In this document: piece after piece, positions 12,670 to 25,812 of the stretch | Layout of the letters: each line of letters begins with the position of its first letter | How positions within the stretch are numbered: the stretch's first letter is position 1 | Source of the DNA: Octopus sinensis | Lineage: Eukaryota | DNA length: 64,000 nucleotides | NCBI RefSeq assembly: GCF_006345805.1 | Contig: NC_043005.1 | Coordinates: 47,988,001-48,052,000, forward strand | Direction: 5' to 3' | The notes under the pieces: model-generated | The model's database searches: none | What the model was told of the DNA's origin: nothing | The model's input: the letters and a program-made list of their open reading frames with translations, nothing else | Made by a program: the position numbers and the translations under genes

Positions 12670-12842
12670 AGGGACAAGGCCTGAAATGTTTTGGGGCGAG
12701 AACCGGCCAATTAGATCAACCCCAGTATGCAACTGGTACTTAATTTATTGACCCAAAATGATGAAAGGCAAAGTCGACCTTGGCAGAATTTGAACTCAGA
12801 ACATAAAGACAGACGAAATACTGCTAAGCATTTTGCCCAGTA
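12670..12842 (-). mobile_element. tRNA-derived SINE (family B)
   Basis: Plus strand aactggtacttaatttattgaccc...gaaaggcaaagtcgacc...tttgaactcagaac...gctaagcatttt is the reverse complement of the family B body. Confidence 0.75.
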
Positions 12843-13139
12843 TTCTAGGCAAGTCCAAATTGGCACATTTTAGCCAGTTTGGACTCTTAAGTAATAAATG
12901 ACATGCCTAAATAAACCAATCAGCTTAACATTTAGACTGAGTGCTTTTTCTCTGTATCTTCATTTAACAATGGATACATACATATGTACATGCAAACATA
13001 CAAACATACACACATACAGACAGACAGACACACACACGCATTCATATGTATCTATCTGTGTATACATGCAAACATAAATCTGTAAATCCAACCATTCATA
13101 CATACATATATGCATACAAATTATACTTATTGTAACACA

Positions 13140-13182
<43 letters not shown>

Positions 13183-13186
<4 letters not shown>

Positions 13187-13422
13187 CAAAATGAGACAAG
13201 AATGCAAAAAATCTGGACAGCTAGGTGATACAAAAAGGGACAACAAAACATCCAGATAGACGATACAAAGAAAACAAGGATGGGTCATTCGAAGTTTTCT
13301 TTCCTCAGTCAAGCACCAGATTATCCTAACAATTTCGGCTGATTATTCTTGAGATTGCTCCAATCTGGCCAGCCCCAAGAAAAAACTCAGCTAAGAGCAT
13401 TAGATTCCTTGGAAAAAAGCAG
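13183..13422. repeat. (TA)n-flanked dispersed repeat, copy 2 (family P-b)
   Basis: Homologous to 9310-9550. Confidence 0.8.
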
Positions 13423-13451
13423 CATATATATATATATATATATTTATATAC

Positions 13452-13494
<43 letters not shown>

Positions 13495-15919
13495 TAAATA
13501 AATAGATAGATAGATAGATAGATAGACAGACAGACATATATAAATTAACCTGGTATGATAAGTGAATGATAGGCATAAAAAAATACCACAGTTAAACAAT
13601 ACTTGAAATCTATATAATAGCACCTTATTTGAAAAAGATGAATTGAAATGCAGCCTGAAGCTTACTCAGTAACATGGCCATCTGGAAAACAATAGATACG
13701 TGGCCCAAGGGATGTCAATGACCCTATAGTATATTTTAATATAGTAAATTTTAATCTCAGATCGGTACATATATCTGATATCATTTTACATTGAAAATCT
13801 CTTGGGGAGGTTAACTCATTCATAAGTTCTTTCAGTATAACCAACTTACAATGAACTGTTTTACCTGCGATGTCTGTGGGACTGATTGATGTCTCTCAAT
13901 AGAAACTGAAATAAAAATTTAAAAGCAATAAACCTCATAAGTTAGGAAAATCTTTGATTCAATGATTTTAAAGTTTTGACTCTGAGAATATAAAGTCAAA
14001 ATGCAACCCAAACTATTTTGCTTGAGTCAAAATTGACATAGTTTTGTGAATGGCATTTCAGATTTCTCTAAGTCAAATCTATTGTAAATTGACAATAACC
14101 GTATATCAGAGCAAAGTAACAGATATTGAAAAATAATTATCATTCCGAAGGAAGATTAGTTCCTATGAATTTTCTTTGACTGAAATGTATGGAATTTTTA
14201 GAGGAGTTCTGCTTGTAACTTGAATAACACAGAAGAACTAGCAATAACATTATAGATAGTGCTTGGTATGTGTAAGTAGGTGAACATTCTATCTTGGTAT
14301 TTAGATATACCACTCAGAAATATTTCTTTGAACCAGCACCTGTTTATCAAAAACATGTCTCTTTGAGTTTTTTAAGTTTTTGAGTTTTGAGTTGGGCCTG
14401 CTTGGTGATTAATATTTAACACCTGTGGTATTATAACTGTATTAAGGTAGCATAAATAAGTTGGGGCTAGAATGAATGGTTTGACAATGATAAAGTGTCA
14501 TTTTATCAAGAGTTGGCAGATCTTTTCTGTTTTGTTGCACCTGTGGAAATTTTAAAGTTTAGTAAAAATTTTTTAATTTGGTGCATTGATGTAATTTTTC
14601 ATGCTAAATCTCAGAAGATATTTAACTTTTTCCAGAAAGATTTTGGGAAAAAGGGTACAGAAGTTTAAAGTTTGATCATTTTCACCCAGTCAGAAAATAA
14701 GATTTGGAAGCCGTCACTTAGTGCATGACAGTTAATATCTTTAGAAATGAAGAAAGCAATGATTAGTTTTGCCAAGAAAATAAGTGATGAAAGAAAAAGT
14801 TTTAATGTTAGAAATGTTTAGCATATTTTATAATGAACACTCCTTTTTATTTGCTATCACAATTTTTAATTTAATTTCTTATACATTGTATTACATTAGT
14901 AAATGTTTATTGGTTTTAGGAAAAGCTTCAATCTTTGAACAGCTGGAGACTAATACTAGCTATTCTGTAAGATTCCAACCACCAGCACTTTATTCCATTC
15001 ATTTTCGAACCATCTGTTATTGACTGCTATTGCATACAATAGAGAAAACAGTTAGGGTGATATTTGCAGCCAACATCAGCTATTGTAACCTTTCTTCATG
15101 TTAGACCTGGGTGTGAAACTAAATTGTTTGTTTTACATCATAATAGATATCTCTATCAACAAAATGCTGGAGACCTCAAACTGAATGAAACAATAGACGA
15201 CACTTCATAAATCTAGATAAGTGGAAATGATATATAACTAAAGATTAGATGGCTTCGTGTGAAGAAAATGAAATATTTTCATCAATAATGTAACTATCAT
15301 AACCATACTTTATTATTTATCCCATTGGTGCCAAATGCATATAGCTTTCATTTCATGCAGAATCTATTAGTTTTCAGAAAGTCTGCCTGCTATTTCTGGA
15401 CTACGTCATCAAATTTCAACAGCTTAATGATTTCGCAATCACATTTAGTCTCATTATTTCACAGTGACACTCAAAATTTTATTATTAGGATCAAGATTTC
15501 TTATATAGAAATAACAATCAAATCTTTATCAAATTTCACTCTACCATCCTGAAAAAATGAAACTGCATATTGAATAATGTGGTGTTAGATATATTATATC
15601 TGGTAAAAAAAAAAAAGGGGCTGTGCACTGCTTGATTGCCTGAGATCATAGGTTTGCTCAATCAGAACTGACTATGGATTATACAACAACTTTTAAGGGG
15701 AGGGGTAGTAGAAACCATGGTCATCATTCTTTTTATTTTTATGAGAAAAGTGATACAATAAATTTCAAGCTGAAATTGAAGCAAAGTCATAGATTATGTT
15801 TCCTACTTGATATATTTATTATGAAAATACAGATAGAGAAGAGAAATCAAAAGTTCGATATTTCTTATTCAGTAGTTTCAGCTAATCTCAAGTATAATCT
15901 CAAGTATAAGCCTGAGTAG

Positions 15920-16170
15920 TAGTGGAGACGCCTAGCTTAGTGGTCAGTGTGCTAGACTCATGATTGCAAGATTATAGTTTTGATTCCTAGACTCGGTGTT
16001 GTGTAGTGTTCTTGAGCAAAACACTTCATTTCATGTTGCTCTAGTTTACTCATTTGGCAAAAATGAATAATCACGCAATGGACTGGTGTCCTGTCCAGAT
16101 GGGGAATATATACACCACTGACACCAGGAAAGCAGCCCTTATAAGTCTACATGACTTAGGAAGGAGTTTT
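15920..16170 (+). mobile_element. tRNA-headed SINE (family C)
   Basis: A-box-like agcttagtggtcagtgtgctagactc, B-box-like ttgattcc, body ttcttgagcaaaacacttcatttcatgttgctc; related copy at 45990-46330. Confidence 0.6.
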
Positions 16171-16207
16171 ATTCATTATTCAACTTCAGCACTGAGTCCT
16201 AGTTCAT

Positions 16208-16436
16208 TTAAACCTTTCATTACCAACCCGGCTGAAACCACCTCTGGCTCTGTAGTACAAATGCTTTGTTTTCATAAGTTTTGAATAAAAATCTTCCACC
16301 AAACCTTAGTCACAATTTATGTTCTTAACACAAGCTGAATGATAACTAAGTTATTTTACTAAATTCTTTGTTATATTTAAAGTAATTGAAAGAAACACAG
16401 AGCATCTCAAAATAAATACAGTAACGAAAGGGTTAA
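16208..16436. mobile_element. piggyBac-like MITE
   Basis: TTAA-acctttcattac ... gtaacgaaaggg-TTAA: terminal inverted repeats with a TTAA target duplication. Confidence 0.7.
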
Positions 16437-16599
16437 ATCATATCACTAAAAGACAATGTTCATATACATACAATTTTCTGGTGGGTTTAATGAAATGTGG
16501 AAGAAATATTTGATATAAAACAAAAGGATTGCAGTAACACTGGTTGTATTTCTATCACTTAGAAAATGACAAGGGACCAGGAGAGGTGGCAATTTGCTG

Positions 16600-16895
16600 T
16601 AATTCCACACATACAGGCTTGTCCTTTCAGGTGCTGGTGCCACTTAAAAAGCACCCATACCTGTGCTGTGTTAATGCACCTGTGCTGGTGCTGCATAAAC
16701 AAGCCCATAATGATGACATATTAAAAACACCCAGCACATTCTGTTAAGTGGTCGGCATTAGGAAAGGCATCCAGCCATAGAAGCCATTTCAAAACAGACA
16801 GTTGGAGACCTGACAGCTCCCAGCTAGCCTGCTCAAGTCAAACCATCCAACCCATGCCAGCATGGAGACTGGACGTTAAACAATGACGATAATGA
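16600..16895 (+). mobile_element. RTE LINE 3'-end fragment
   Basis: aaaaagcaccc...ggcattaggaaaggcatccagcc...ccatccaacccatgccagcatgg...acgttaaacaatgacgat. Confidence 0.7.
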
Positions 16896-17599
16896 ACTCT
16901 TTGCAGTGTCATATATAAAACACTTCTACAGGTTTAAAGTGAATCCTCGGGCTGCCATCAAAGCACCTGTATACTTTTTGAATGGACAGCTACTTGTAAC
17001 AAAAGTAAGCCACAATACATTGTGTAGCTTGCTGCCCTCTTCTCAACAAGAGCTGAGAAATATTTTCATATATCTTTTATATTTGTCTTCTACTATAACA
17101 AGATTTTTGTAGCTTCTTCTATACTGAATGATTTATTATATTTTCCGGCTCCATTCAATTCCAGGTGGTTTTGGCATGTTTTTATATCACCATCCTTGTT
17201 ATTCTCAAAGAGATGTGGTACATTCTGCAGGAAACGTTTCTCAATAATAAAGTATTTTTTAATGCTCTAACAATGTAATTATCTTGACAAGTGACAGCTA
17301 CACTGGTCGCATTATCCACATTTAAAATAGAAATAGTAATAAAAGGGACAACAACAGCAACAACAATATGACAAATTCTGTTACACAACAATAAATTTTA
17401 CCTCTGTTGTCACAAATTCTCCACTTAGGTTTAAACAAAACTTTTCTACAGATAATTTCTTGAAATGAAAAATTTGAGAATCAGTTCAGAATTATCTATT
17501 TTCAATCAATTATGGTTCTTGGCAATAAGTTGAAATCTTACCAATATAAATTTAGGGTTTTTTCTTTTTTCTGATAAAATTATAGGTTTATTCTGTTAT

Positions 17600-18126
17600 T
17601 CTTTTACTTTTTTCAGTCATTTGACTGCAGCCGTGCTGGGACACCACCTTTACGAGAGCAAATCGACCTCAGGATTTATTCTTTGTAAGCCTAGTACTTA
17701 TTCTATCAGTCTCTTTTACCTAAGCGCTAAGTTACGAGGATGTAAACACACCAGCATCGGTTGTCAAGCGACATTGGGGGACAAACACAGACGCACAAAC
17801 ATATACATATGTATATATATATATACATAAATATGAGAGAGTAACCACTATGTGGTCGACTCTAGTGCTAAAAATAGATCTACTATGGTATAGCCACTAA
17901 AAATTGTTTCTAAGGAGAAATAACACAACATTTAACGTAGGGCAAGTGAAAAATAACGAAAAATTAGATTAACTCTGGACAATAGTTTCATTATTAATGT
18001 AAATGCAATTTTACTTACACAACATCTATAATTCATCAGCATAAGTTTGTCTTAAATACAATTTATTAAATCGCACGTTAAATTTCGATGCAGCGTCAAA
18101 TACATATATATATATATATGTATGTA

Positions 18127-18208
<82 letters not shown>

Positions 18209-18305
18209 ATGTGCATTTTTCAGTTTCTATCTACCAAATACATTTACAAGGCACAACACAGAGGAACTGAGCCATGTGGTTGGTAAGCAAGCTACTTAAC
18301 ACACA

Positions 18306-18310
<5 letters not shown>
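17600..18310 (-). mobile_element. tRNA-derived SINE (family A) split by an HHR-bearing insertion
   Basis: SINE 3' part at 17600-17800 (ttcagtcatttgactgcagcc...ggggacaaacacagac) and head at 18215-18310; a non-SINE insert lies in the internal microsatellite. Confidence 0.7.
17971..18047 (-). ncRNA. Type I hammerhead ribozyme with a canonical core
   Basis: Minus strand: AACTTATG-CTGATGA-ATTAT..(hairpin)..ATAAT-GAAAC-TATT-GTC^CAGAGTT. All conserved core nucleotides present; 7-bp stem I with one bulge. Confidence 0.8.
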
Positions 18311-18343
<33 letters not shown>

Positions 18344-18599
18344 ATATAATATATATATATATATAGTTTAGCTTAGTCTAGTTTATTCCATGTGTTTGGC
18401 AATGACACTCGAAAATATGCACAACTAAACTAAGAATCTCTCGTTCTTTTAATATATGGCATGACAACAACTATGTCAAACTAGTGTGTATGTTTAATAA
18501 TACTAAACTATTCCTAAATTCAGAATGGAGCAATACAATAATAAATAAAATTATTTCGCTTTTAGTGTATACTTTCTCAGAATATATATAAACATTTTT

Positions 18600-18908
18600 T
18601 TTTCATTTACTTCTTTCAGTCATTAGACTGTGGCCATGCTGATCACCCTTGAAGAATTTTTAGTCAAATCAATTGATCCCCTGTGCTTATTTTGCCATTG
18701 CTCCATTTTTTAAGGCTGGTTCATATCCTATCGGTCCCTTTCTCTGGGCCACAAGTGGTGGTGGAGAACAAACACACACACCCACATCCACATGCACATA
18801 CACACACACATGCATACACGTGTGTGTGTGTGTGTGTGTGTATATATACATTTATACATATATATTTTTACATGTGTGTGTATATATATATATATATACA
18901 TACATACA

Positions 18909-18942
<34 letters not shown>

Positions 18943-18949
18943 CATATGT

Positions 18950-19013
<64 letters not shown>

Positions 19014-19165
19014 ATGATGAGCTTCCTTCAGTTTCCATCCAGACAAGGCTTTGGATGGCCCAAGATTCTGGTAGAAGATACTTGTCCAAGGTGCTATGCA
19101 ATGGGACTGAACCTTGAACCATATGGTTGGGAAACACGCTTCTTTCCACACAGCCATGCCTGCAC
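18600..19165 (-). mobile_element. tRNA-derived SINE (family A) with an expanded internal microsatellite
   Basis: Family A 3' part, then (CA)/(TG)/(TACA)n, then the head ...gaaccatatggttgggaaac...accacacagccatgcctgc. Confidence 0.75.
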
Positions 19166-19939
19166 CTATGAGCTACCCCCTCACCACCACTTTTCTTTGA
19201 ATTTTCTTTACCTTCATTTCTTTACAATTCAACTATTTTCTGTGCACTTTCTCAGAGACGGTCATTCATCTTACGACTTAGCCTCTTGTACTTGTCATAT
19301 GTATACCAATCCCTGACAAATGTAACTAATGCTCTCCGAGTAGACAGTTTTACATGTATATTTTGTGCAAGAGATTTTACATAATAAACAAGATGAGCAG
19401 TAGATCTGTCAACATCTATTAAGACAATACGCTACTGCTTCCAGTCAACTGTGGCAGCCGTCTTCTTAGTTACACACTTAGATGCCAACCTTTGTTAGTA
19501 ATCCACTGAGCAATATGACTAAGGTACTTATCTGTCATGACTAGTGCTATATCGCCGAAGCCTCATAATATATTTTTCTAACCTAACACCAAAGAGCATT
19601 CCTTCTATCCATCACTTTGCAATGAAGTAAAGCCCTTGTTATTATTATTATTATTATTATTCGTGAGATGCTTATTTTGTTCGTTATGTTTGCAGAAACA
19701 ATACCAGCTATTCATTCTTATTTAACTTTATCCATAGTCCTCTTTAAGTGGGTGAGCCTTTTATCAACACAGCAGCTTAGAAATTACGAAATCATTGATT
19801 GCTCTGGGCTTCAACGAGCAAGTCAAAATTATTTCTGACAATACTTTCATAAGTTTTGCTTATGCTTGATTGTGTGGGTTGGGAAACACACTATTTAGGA
19901 ATAAAATGATTTCCATCCACTCTCTTTCTCTCTCTGTAT

Positions 19940-19984
<45 letters not shown>

Positions 19985-20021
19985 CATATATATATACATA
20001 TATATATACATATATATATAT

Positions 20022-20054
<33 letters not shown>

Positions 20055-20094
20055 GTATTCATATATATATACATATATATATATGTGTATATAT

Positions 20095-20127
<33 letters not shown>

Positions 20128-20744
20128 GTATTCATATATATATACATATATATATGTATATATATATATATGTATATATATATATGTATATATATATAAT
20201 ATATATGTATATATATATATATACATGCATACATATATGTATTGTTTTATGGTTCTCCTTGACAAGCAGATTTTGCTATATTGAATCTGTCAACATTGAG
20301 AAAGCAAGAAAGAGTAAAAGAAGAGAAAAACTGAACATTGTCATTTGATTTTCTTATGTGAAATATTCTAAAAGAAAAACACAACTGGATAATTGAAATA
20401 ACAATATCTGATAAATTGTATTTCTATATAATACATTTATCTGCATATATTTTCGTTTTATGCTGAATTGTAAATAATTATGAGGGGGGGGGGTATTTTG
20501 ATCATAAGTATTGGTGTCAAATCTTGACACAAGGCCAGCAATTTCAGAGCATCAACCCCAATGTTCAACTGGTACTTATTTTATTGGGATACAGGCAAAA
20601 TGTCACTATGCATTTTACCTGGTACTCTAACGATTCTGTCAGCTGGAACTCATTATTATATTAAGAACAGCAATATTCTAGATAATTTGAAGTTTCCATA
20701 ATGAATTAAGTTTACTTTGTATTGTCACTGTTAAATTTTCCTAA

Positions 20745-21135
20745 GGCAGTGAGCTGGTAAAATCATTGGCTCATCAGGCAAAATGCTTAGCAGTATTTCG
20801 TCTGCGGCTACGTTCTGAGTTCAAATTCTGCCGAGGTCGACTTTGCCTTTCATCCTTTCAGGGTTGATTAAATAAGTACCAGTTATGCACTGGGGTCGAT
20901 GTCATCGACTTAATCCGTTTGTCTGTCCTTGTTTGTCCCCTCAGTGTTTAACCCCTTCTGGGTAGAAAAGAAATAGGTATTTCGTTTGTCTTTGTGTTCT
21001 GAGTTCAAATTCCACCTGGGGTCAACTTTGCTTTTCATCCTTTCAGGGTTGATAAATTAAGTACCAGTGAGACACTGGGGGTGATGTAATCAATTTGTCC
21101 CCTCCCCCAAATTTGAAGCCTTGTCCTTCCAGTAG
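20745..21135 (+). mobile_element. tRNA-derived SINE (family B), one full plus one partial tandem copy
   Basis: ggcagtgagctgg...gttctgagttcaaattc...gtcgactttgccttttcatcc...aaataagtaccag; the body repeats from about 20975. Confidence 0.8.
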
Positions 21136-21509
21136 AAAGGATTACTACATTTTCTTAGTATATTACCGCTACCTTCTTGCGTTTCTCATCAGTGTTTACT
21201 CCCAACATTATCAACTTAATTTTCTTCTTTAAGGATAGAGTTATATGGGTCTGTATTACAGTGCTTTCAAGGACTGCATTTTGGCATCATTTCGAGTCTG
21301 AAATAGGATTTAAGAAGTTCCAGCTAACTTTTCTGAAATTTTATGTTTATTTTCCAGGTATTATTTCATGATGTGCAAACTGATACCATGAGTTTACTTT
21401 CAGATATATTCATTAGGTTATTTTTGTATTATCTGAAATAAAATACCCACATATTGATTAATCCCCCAAAATTGAATTAATTATGTATATGTATATATAG
21501 AGCGAGAGG

Positions 21510-22876
21510 CCTTTTTTCTTACCCCTGCTGGTGACAAAAGGCCATTCGCTCAAAGTAAAAGGCAGACTGTATGATGCATGTGTACGCACAGGCATGCTAC
21601 ATGGTAGTGAAACTTGGGCTGTGACTGCTGAGGATTTGTGTAAGCTTGCAAGAAATGAAGCTAGTATGCTCCGTTGGATGTGTAATGTCAGTGTTCATAG
21701 TCGACAGAGTGTAAGTACCTTGAGAGAAAAGTTGAACCTAAGAAGCATCAGATGTTGTGTGCAAGAGAGATGATTGCGCTGGTATGGTCATGTGGCGAGA
21801 ATGGATGAAGATAGGTGTGTGAAAAAGTGCCACACCCTGGCAGTTGAGGGGACCTGTGGAAGAGGCAGACCCAGGAAAACCTGGGTCGAGGTGGTGAAGC
21901 ACGACCTTCGAACTTTAGGTCTCACCAAGGAAATGACCAGAGACCGAGACCTATGGAAGTATGCTGTGCGCGTGAAGACCCGGCAAGACCAGTGAGAACA
22001 ATCAAAATCAAACCAAATCAAATCATATATCAGAAAGCAGAACCAAAATTGAGGTCGATCAACATCAGTGGGAATTGCAGCTGTGGTTAAGCGAACCATC
22101 CGTTCGTGTCCGCTACCAGCCCCGCCTGGCTCCCGTGCCAGTGACACGTAAAAGCACCATCCATTCATGGCCGTTGCCAGCTCTGTCTGGCCCCCGTGTC
22201 AGTGGCACGTAAAAGCACCATCCGTTCATGTCCGTTGCCAACCTCGCCTGGCCCCCGTGCTAGTGACATGTAAAAGCACCATCCGTTCGTGGCCGTTTGC
22301 CAGTTCTGTCTGGCCCCGTGTCGGTGGCATGTAAAAGCACCATCCATTCATGTCCATTACCAGCCTTGCCTGGCCCCCGTGCCGGTGACACGTAAAAGCA
22401 CCATCTGTTCGTGGCCGTTTGCCAGCTCTGTCTGGCCCCCATGTCGGTGGCACGTAAAAGCACCATCCGTTTGTGTCCATTGCCAGCCTCGCCTGGCCCC
22501 CGTGCCGGTGACATGTAAAAGCACCATCCGCTCATGGCCGTTTGCCAGCTCTGTCTGGCCCCCGTGTCGGTGGCACGTAAAAGCACCATCCGTTCGTGTC
22601 CGTTGCCAGCATAGCCTGGCCCCGTGCCAGTGACACGTAAAAGAACCATCCGTTCGTGGCCGTTTGCCAGCTCTGTCTGGCAACTGTGTGGGTGGCACGT
22701 AAAAAGCACCCACTACACTCACGGAGTGGTTGGCGTTAGGAAGAGCATCCAGCCGTAGAAACACTGCCAGATCTGACTGGGCCTGACGAAGCCTTCCAGC
22801 TTCACAGACCCCAGTTGAACCGTCCAACCCATGCTAGCATGGAAAGCGGACGCTAAATGATGATGATGATGATGAG
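21510..22876 (+). mobile_element. 5'-truncated RTE-like LINE (same family as 9790-11445)
   Basis: ORFs 21531..21995: LYDACVRTGMLHGSETWAV...RWYGHVARMDEDRCVKKC...GRGRPRKTW; one premature TGA; (GAT)n tail. Confidence 0.9.
22095..22700 (+). repeat. Minisatellite of ~60-bp monomers arranged as 5 A/B dimers (~119 bp)
   Basis: Alternating units gtcc..cctcgcctgg..gccggtgac and ggcc..ctctgtctgg..gtcggtggc, each ending gtaaaagcaccatcc. Confidence 0.9.
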
Positions 22877-22945
<69 letters not shown>

Positions 22946-23299
22946 TGTGTGTGTTAATGCAATTAAAACAATTGTTGGATGGTTAAGGAGTGATCTAAAA
23001 TGAAAGCTATGAGTTTCATCATGCATATTACTGATTGTGTTAATACTCAGAATTTCTTAAATTTCTGCATAAGGATTATTGGATTTACCTGGAACTTGTA
23101 TTTTACATACATTTACTGGTATCTACTTGTTGGAAATTTAACATTATTCTTTTATACTGAGTGTTTACTTGATACCTGCCAGGATTTTTAATCCCATGTT
23201 TCCTTATATATATAGAAAATATCATTAAAATTAATATTGATATCTTCGAAAATGTATGTTAGCCCAGCATAATCAAGGCTATCCAGAATTAGTGAAATT

Positions 23300-23830
23300 C
23301 AAATGCTAACATTCATTAAATTGACATCGTGCTGCAAGCACATACAAACACATTTACATCACAGTAAAACTTGCACAGATATTTATAACAATACCTTTCA
23401 AAGTCAACACGTTAGAACTACAACAGACTCCAAACCCTCTGCAACGACACACCACATACCTTATGCTTTACACAAACTCAGCTCTTTGACAATTAACTAC
23501 AAAATCTACAGTTTACTTGCAGCACAATACAAAAATATACATTATCTGTAATCCAATAAAGAAACATGCAGTACGTTTGCAAATTTGCAATACATGAATG
23601 CAACAAAATATTTGCAACACTTTATAAACCACAAAATTTTGCAACTCATTTAAAATATGAGCCAATGATGAGGATCTCCTTCTCATTACTTGACTTGCTA
23701 AAAATAATAGCCACATTTCCCTCAAACCATATTCTCTGTCCCTTTATAATGCTTTATAGATATTTTCAATACTTTGTAAACCACAAAGTTTTGCAAATCA
23801 TTAAAATATGGAACAACAAAGGGAGACTTT
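23300..23830. repeat. Unclassified dispersed repeat, copy 1
   Basis: Matches 30110-30540 (aaattgacatc.tgctgcaag.acatacaaacacatttacatcacagtaaaacttgcacag...). Confidence 0.8.
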
Positions 23831-24380
23831 GTGTTATTAGTAGACTTCCAAATTTCTGTCTTTCATCTGGTACTGACACTTAAAAAGCCCCCAACACACT
23901 CTGCAAAGATATTGGTGTTAGGAAGAGTATCCAGCTAAAGGAAACAACCAAATCATACTGTAACCTGGTGAAGCTCTCCTGTTTGTGAGTACTGATCAGA
24001 CCATCCAATTGATGCCAGCATGGAAAATGAACATTAAATGATGATGATGATGGTGATGATATATATGGAAATATAAAAATCATTGGTGTTATGGGAACAC
24101 CAATGGTAGAACACCTATTATGTTTACAGATTTATAGCTTCCTCTTCTTCAAGATCCACCTGTCCATCAAAAGGATTATGGTGCCACATAAAAGACACCC
24201 AGTACTTTCTGTAAAGTGGTTGGTGTTAGGAAGGGCATCCAGCCATAGAAACTATGGCAAAACAGATGTCTGCAGCTTGGGGCAGCCATGCAGCTTGTCA
24301 GCTCCGGTCAGACTGCCCAACCCATGATAATATGGAAAACTGATGTTAACTGATCACAATGACGATGATATGTATGTGTG

Positions 24381-24423
<43 letters not shown>

Positions 24424-24604
24424 CAATAAGGGTTTAGCAACGAGTTGCCTTACCACATACCGAATTTAGAAATAGCAGTCAAAGGGTTATAGCTATTTCT
24501 TCTACTAAAAAGGGAGATCTCAGTAAAAACAGCATTTGGAAGGCAGACACAAACAGGTAAGAGAGAATGAATTGACTGCAATCTATCATACATTTTTTTA
24601 GTTA

Positions 24605-24718
24605 TCCACGGACGTACGTTTCGAAATCAAGTTTTAAGGAAAGCATAAGAACTAAATATTAAATATTAAATAATAAATAATTCTATCTTACCGAAACTTC
24701 TTTTCTCTTCAGCGTAGA
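24605..24718 (-). ncRNA. Type I hammerhead ribozyme with extended stem II (array copy 1, intact core)
   Basis: TCTACG-CTGAAGA-GAAAAGAAGTTT..AAAACTTGATTTC-GAAAC-GTAC-GTC^CGTGGA. Stem I is 6 bp with one G.U pair; stem III loop GTAC is palindromic. Confidence 0.85.
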
Positions 24719-25210
24719 ATACTATAATCATAAATGATTATATATTGAATTTTGAGATACCAGAAGGCACCAACTCCACTCAGTATCAGAGCGAGCTAGA
24801 ATCCGCAACTGGTATCACCGAATTCAATTTGTGAATGAAACGATTGTGTCAACAGCCCTTTCCACCCGCGTGTAGCCAAAACAAGATGCTGTGGTCATCT
24901 ACTGAGATAAAATATGGTTATCCGTAATAATGAAGGGTGAAATTAATTAATTTGGAAAAATTATCAATTACACCAAGTAGTCTTCGGCATGTAAAAGCCT
25001 CATTCGAGGAAAATTTAAGTAATACTAAGCAATAAGGGTTTAGCAACGAGTTGCCTTACCACATACCGAATTTAGAAATAGCAGTCAAAGGTTTATAGCT
25101 ATTTCTTCTACTAAAAAGGGAGATCTCAGTAAAAACAGCATTTGGAAGGCAGACACAAACAGGTAAGAGAGAATGAATTGACTGCAATCTATCATACATT
25201 TTTTTAGTTA

Positions 25211-25321
25211 TCCACGGACGTACGTTCGAAATCAAGTTTTAAGGAAAGCATAAGAACTAATATTAAATATTAAATAATAATAATTCTATCTTACCGAAAC
25301 TTCTTTTCTCTTCAGCGTAGA
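25211..25321 (-). ncRNA. HHR array copy 2 (GAAAC reads GAAC)
   Basis: Plus strand gacgtacgttcgaaat lacks one T relative to copy 1. Confidence 0.7.
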
Positions 25322-25812
25322 ATACTATAATCATAAATGATTATATATTGAATTTTGAGATACCAGAAGGCACCAACTCCACTCAGTATCAGAGCGAGCT
25401 AGAATCCGCAACTGGTATCACCGAATTCAATTTGTGAATGAAACGATTGTGTCAACAGCCCCTTCCCACCCGCGTGTAGCCAAAACAAGATGCTGTGGTC
25501 ATCTACTGAGATAAAATATGTTATCCGTAATAATGAAGGGTGAAATTAATTAATTGGAAAAATTATCAATTACACCAAGTAGTCTTCGGCATGTAAAAGC
25601 CTCATTCGAGGAAAATTTAAGTAATACTAAGCAATAAGGGTTTAGCAACGAGTTGCCTTACCACATACCGAATTTAGAAATAGCAGTCAAAGGGTTATAG
25701 CTATTTCTTCTACTAAAAAGGGAGATCTCAGTAAAAACAGCATTTGGAAGGCAGACACAAACAGGTAAGAGAGAATGAATTGACTGCAATCTATCATACA
25801 TTTTTTTAGTTA

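Noticed and set aside
18540-18590. Minus-strand CTGAGAA...GAAAT
   Set aside because: Core G8 is missing and stems I and II do not close.
22095-22700. CRISPR-like periodic repeat
   Set aside because: The whole unit repeats with no unique spacers, it lies in a LINE 3' UTR in a eukaryotic context, and there are no cas genes.
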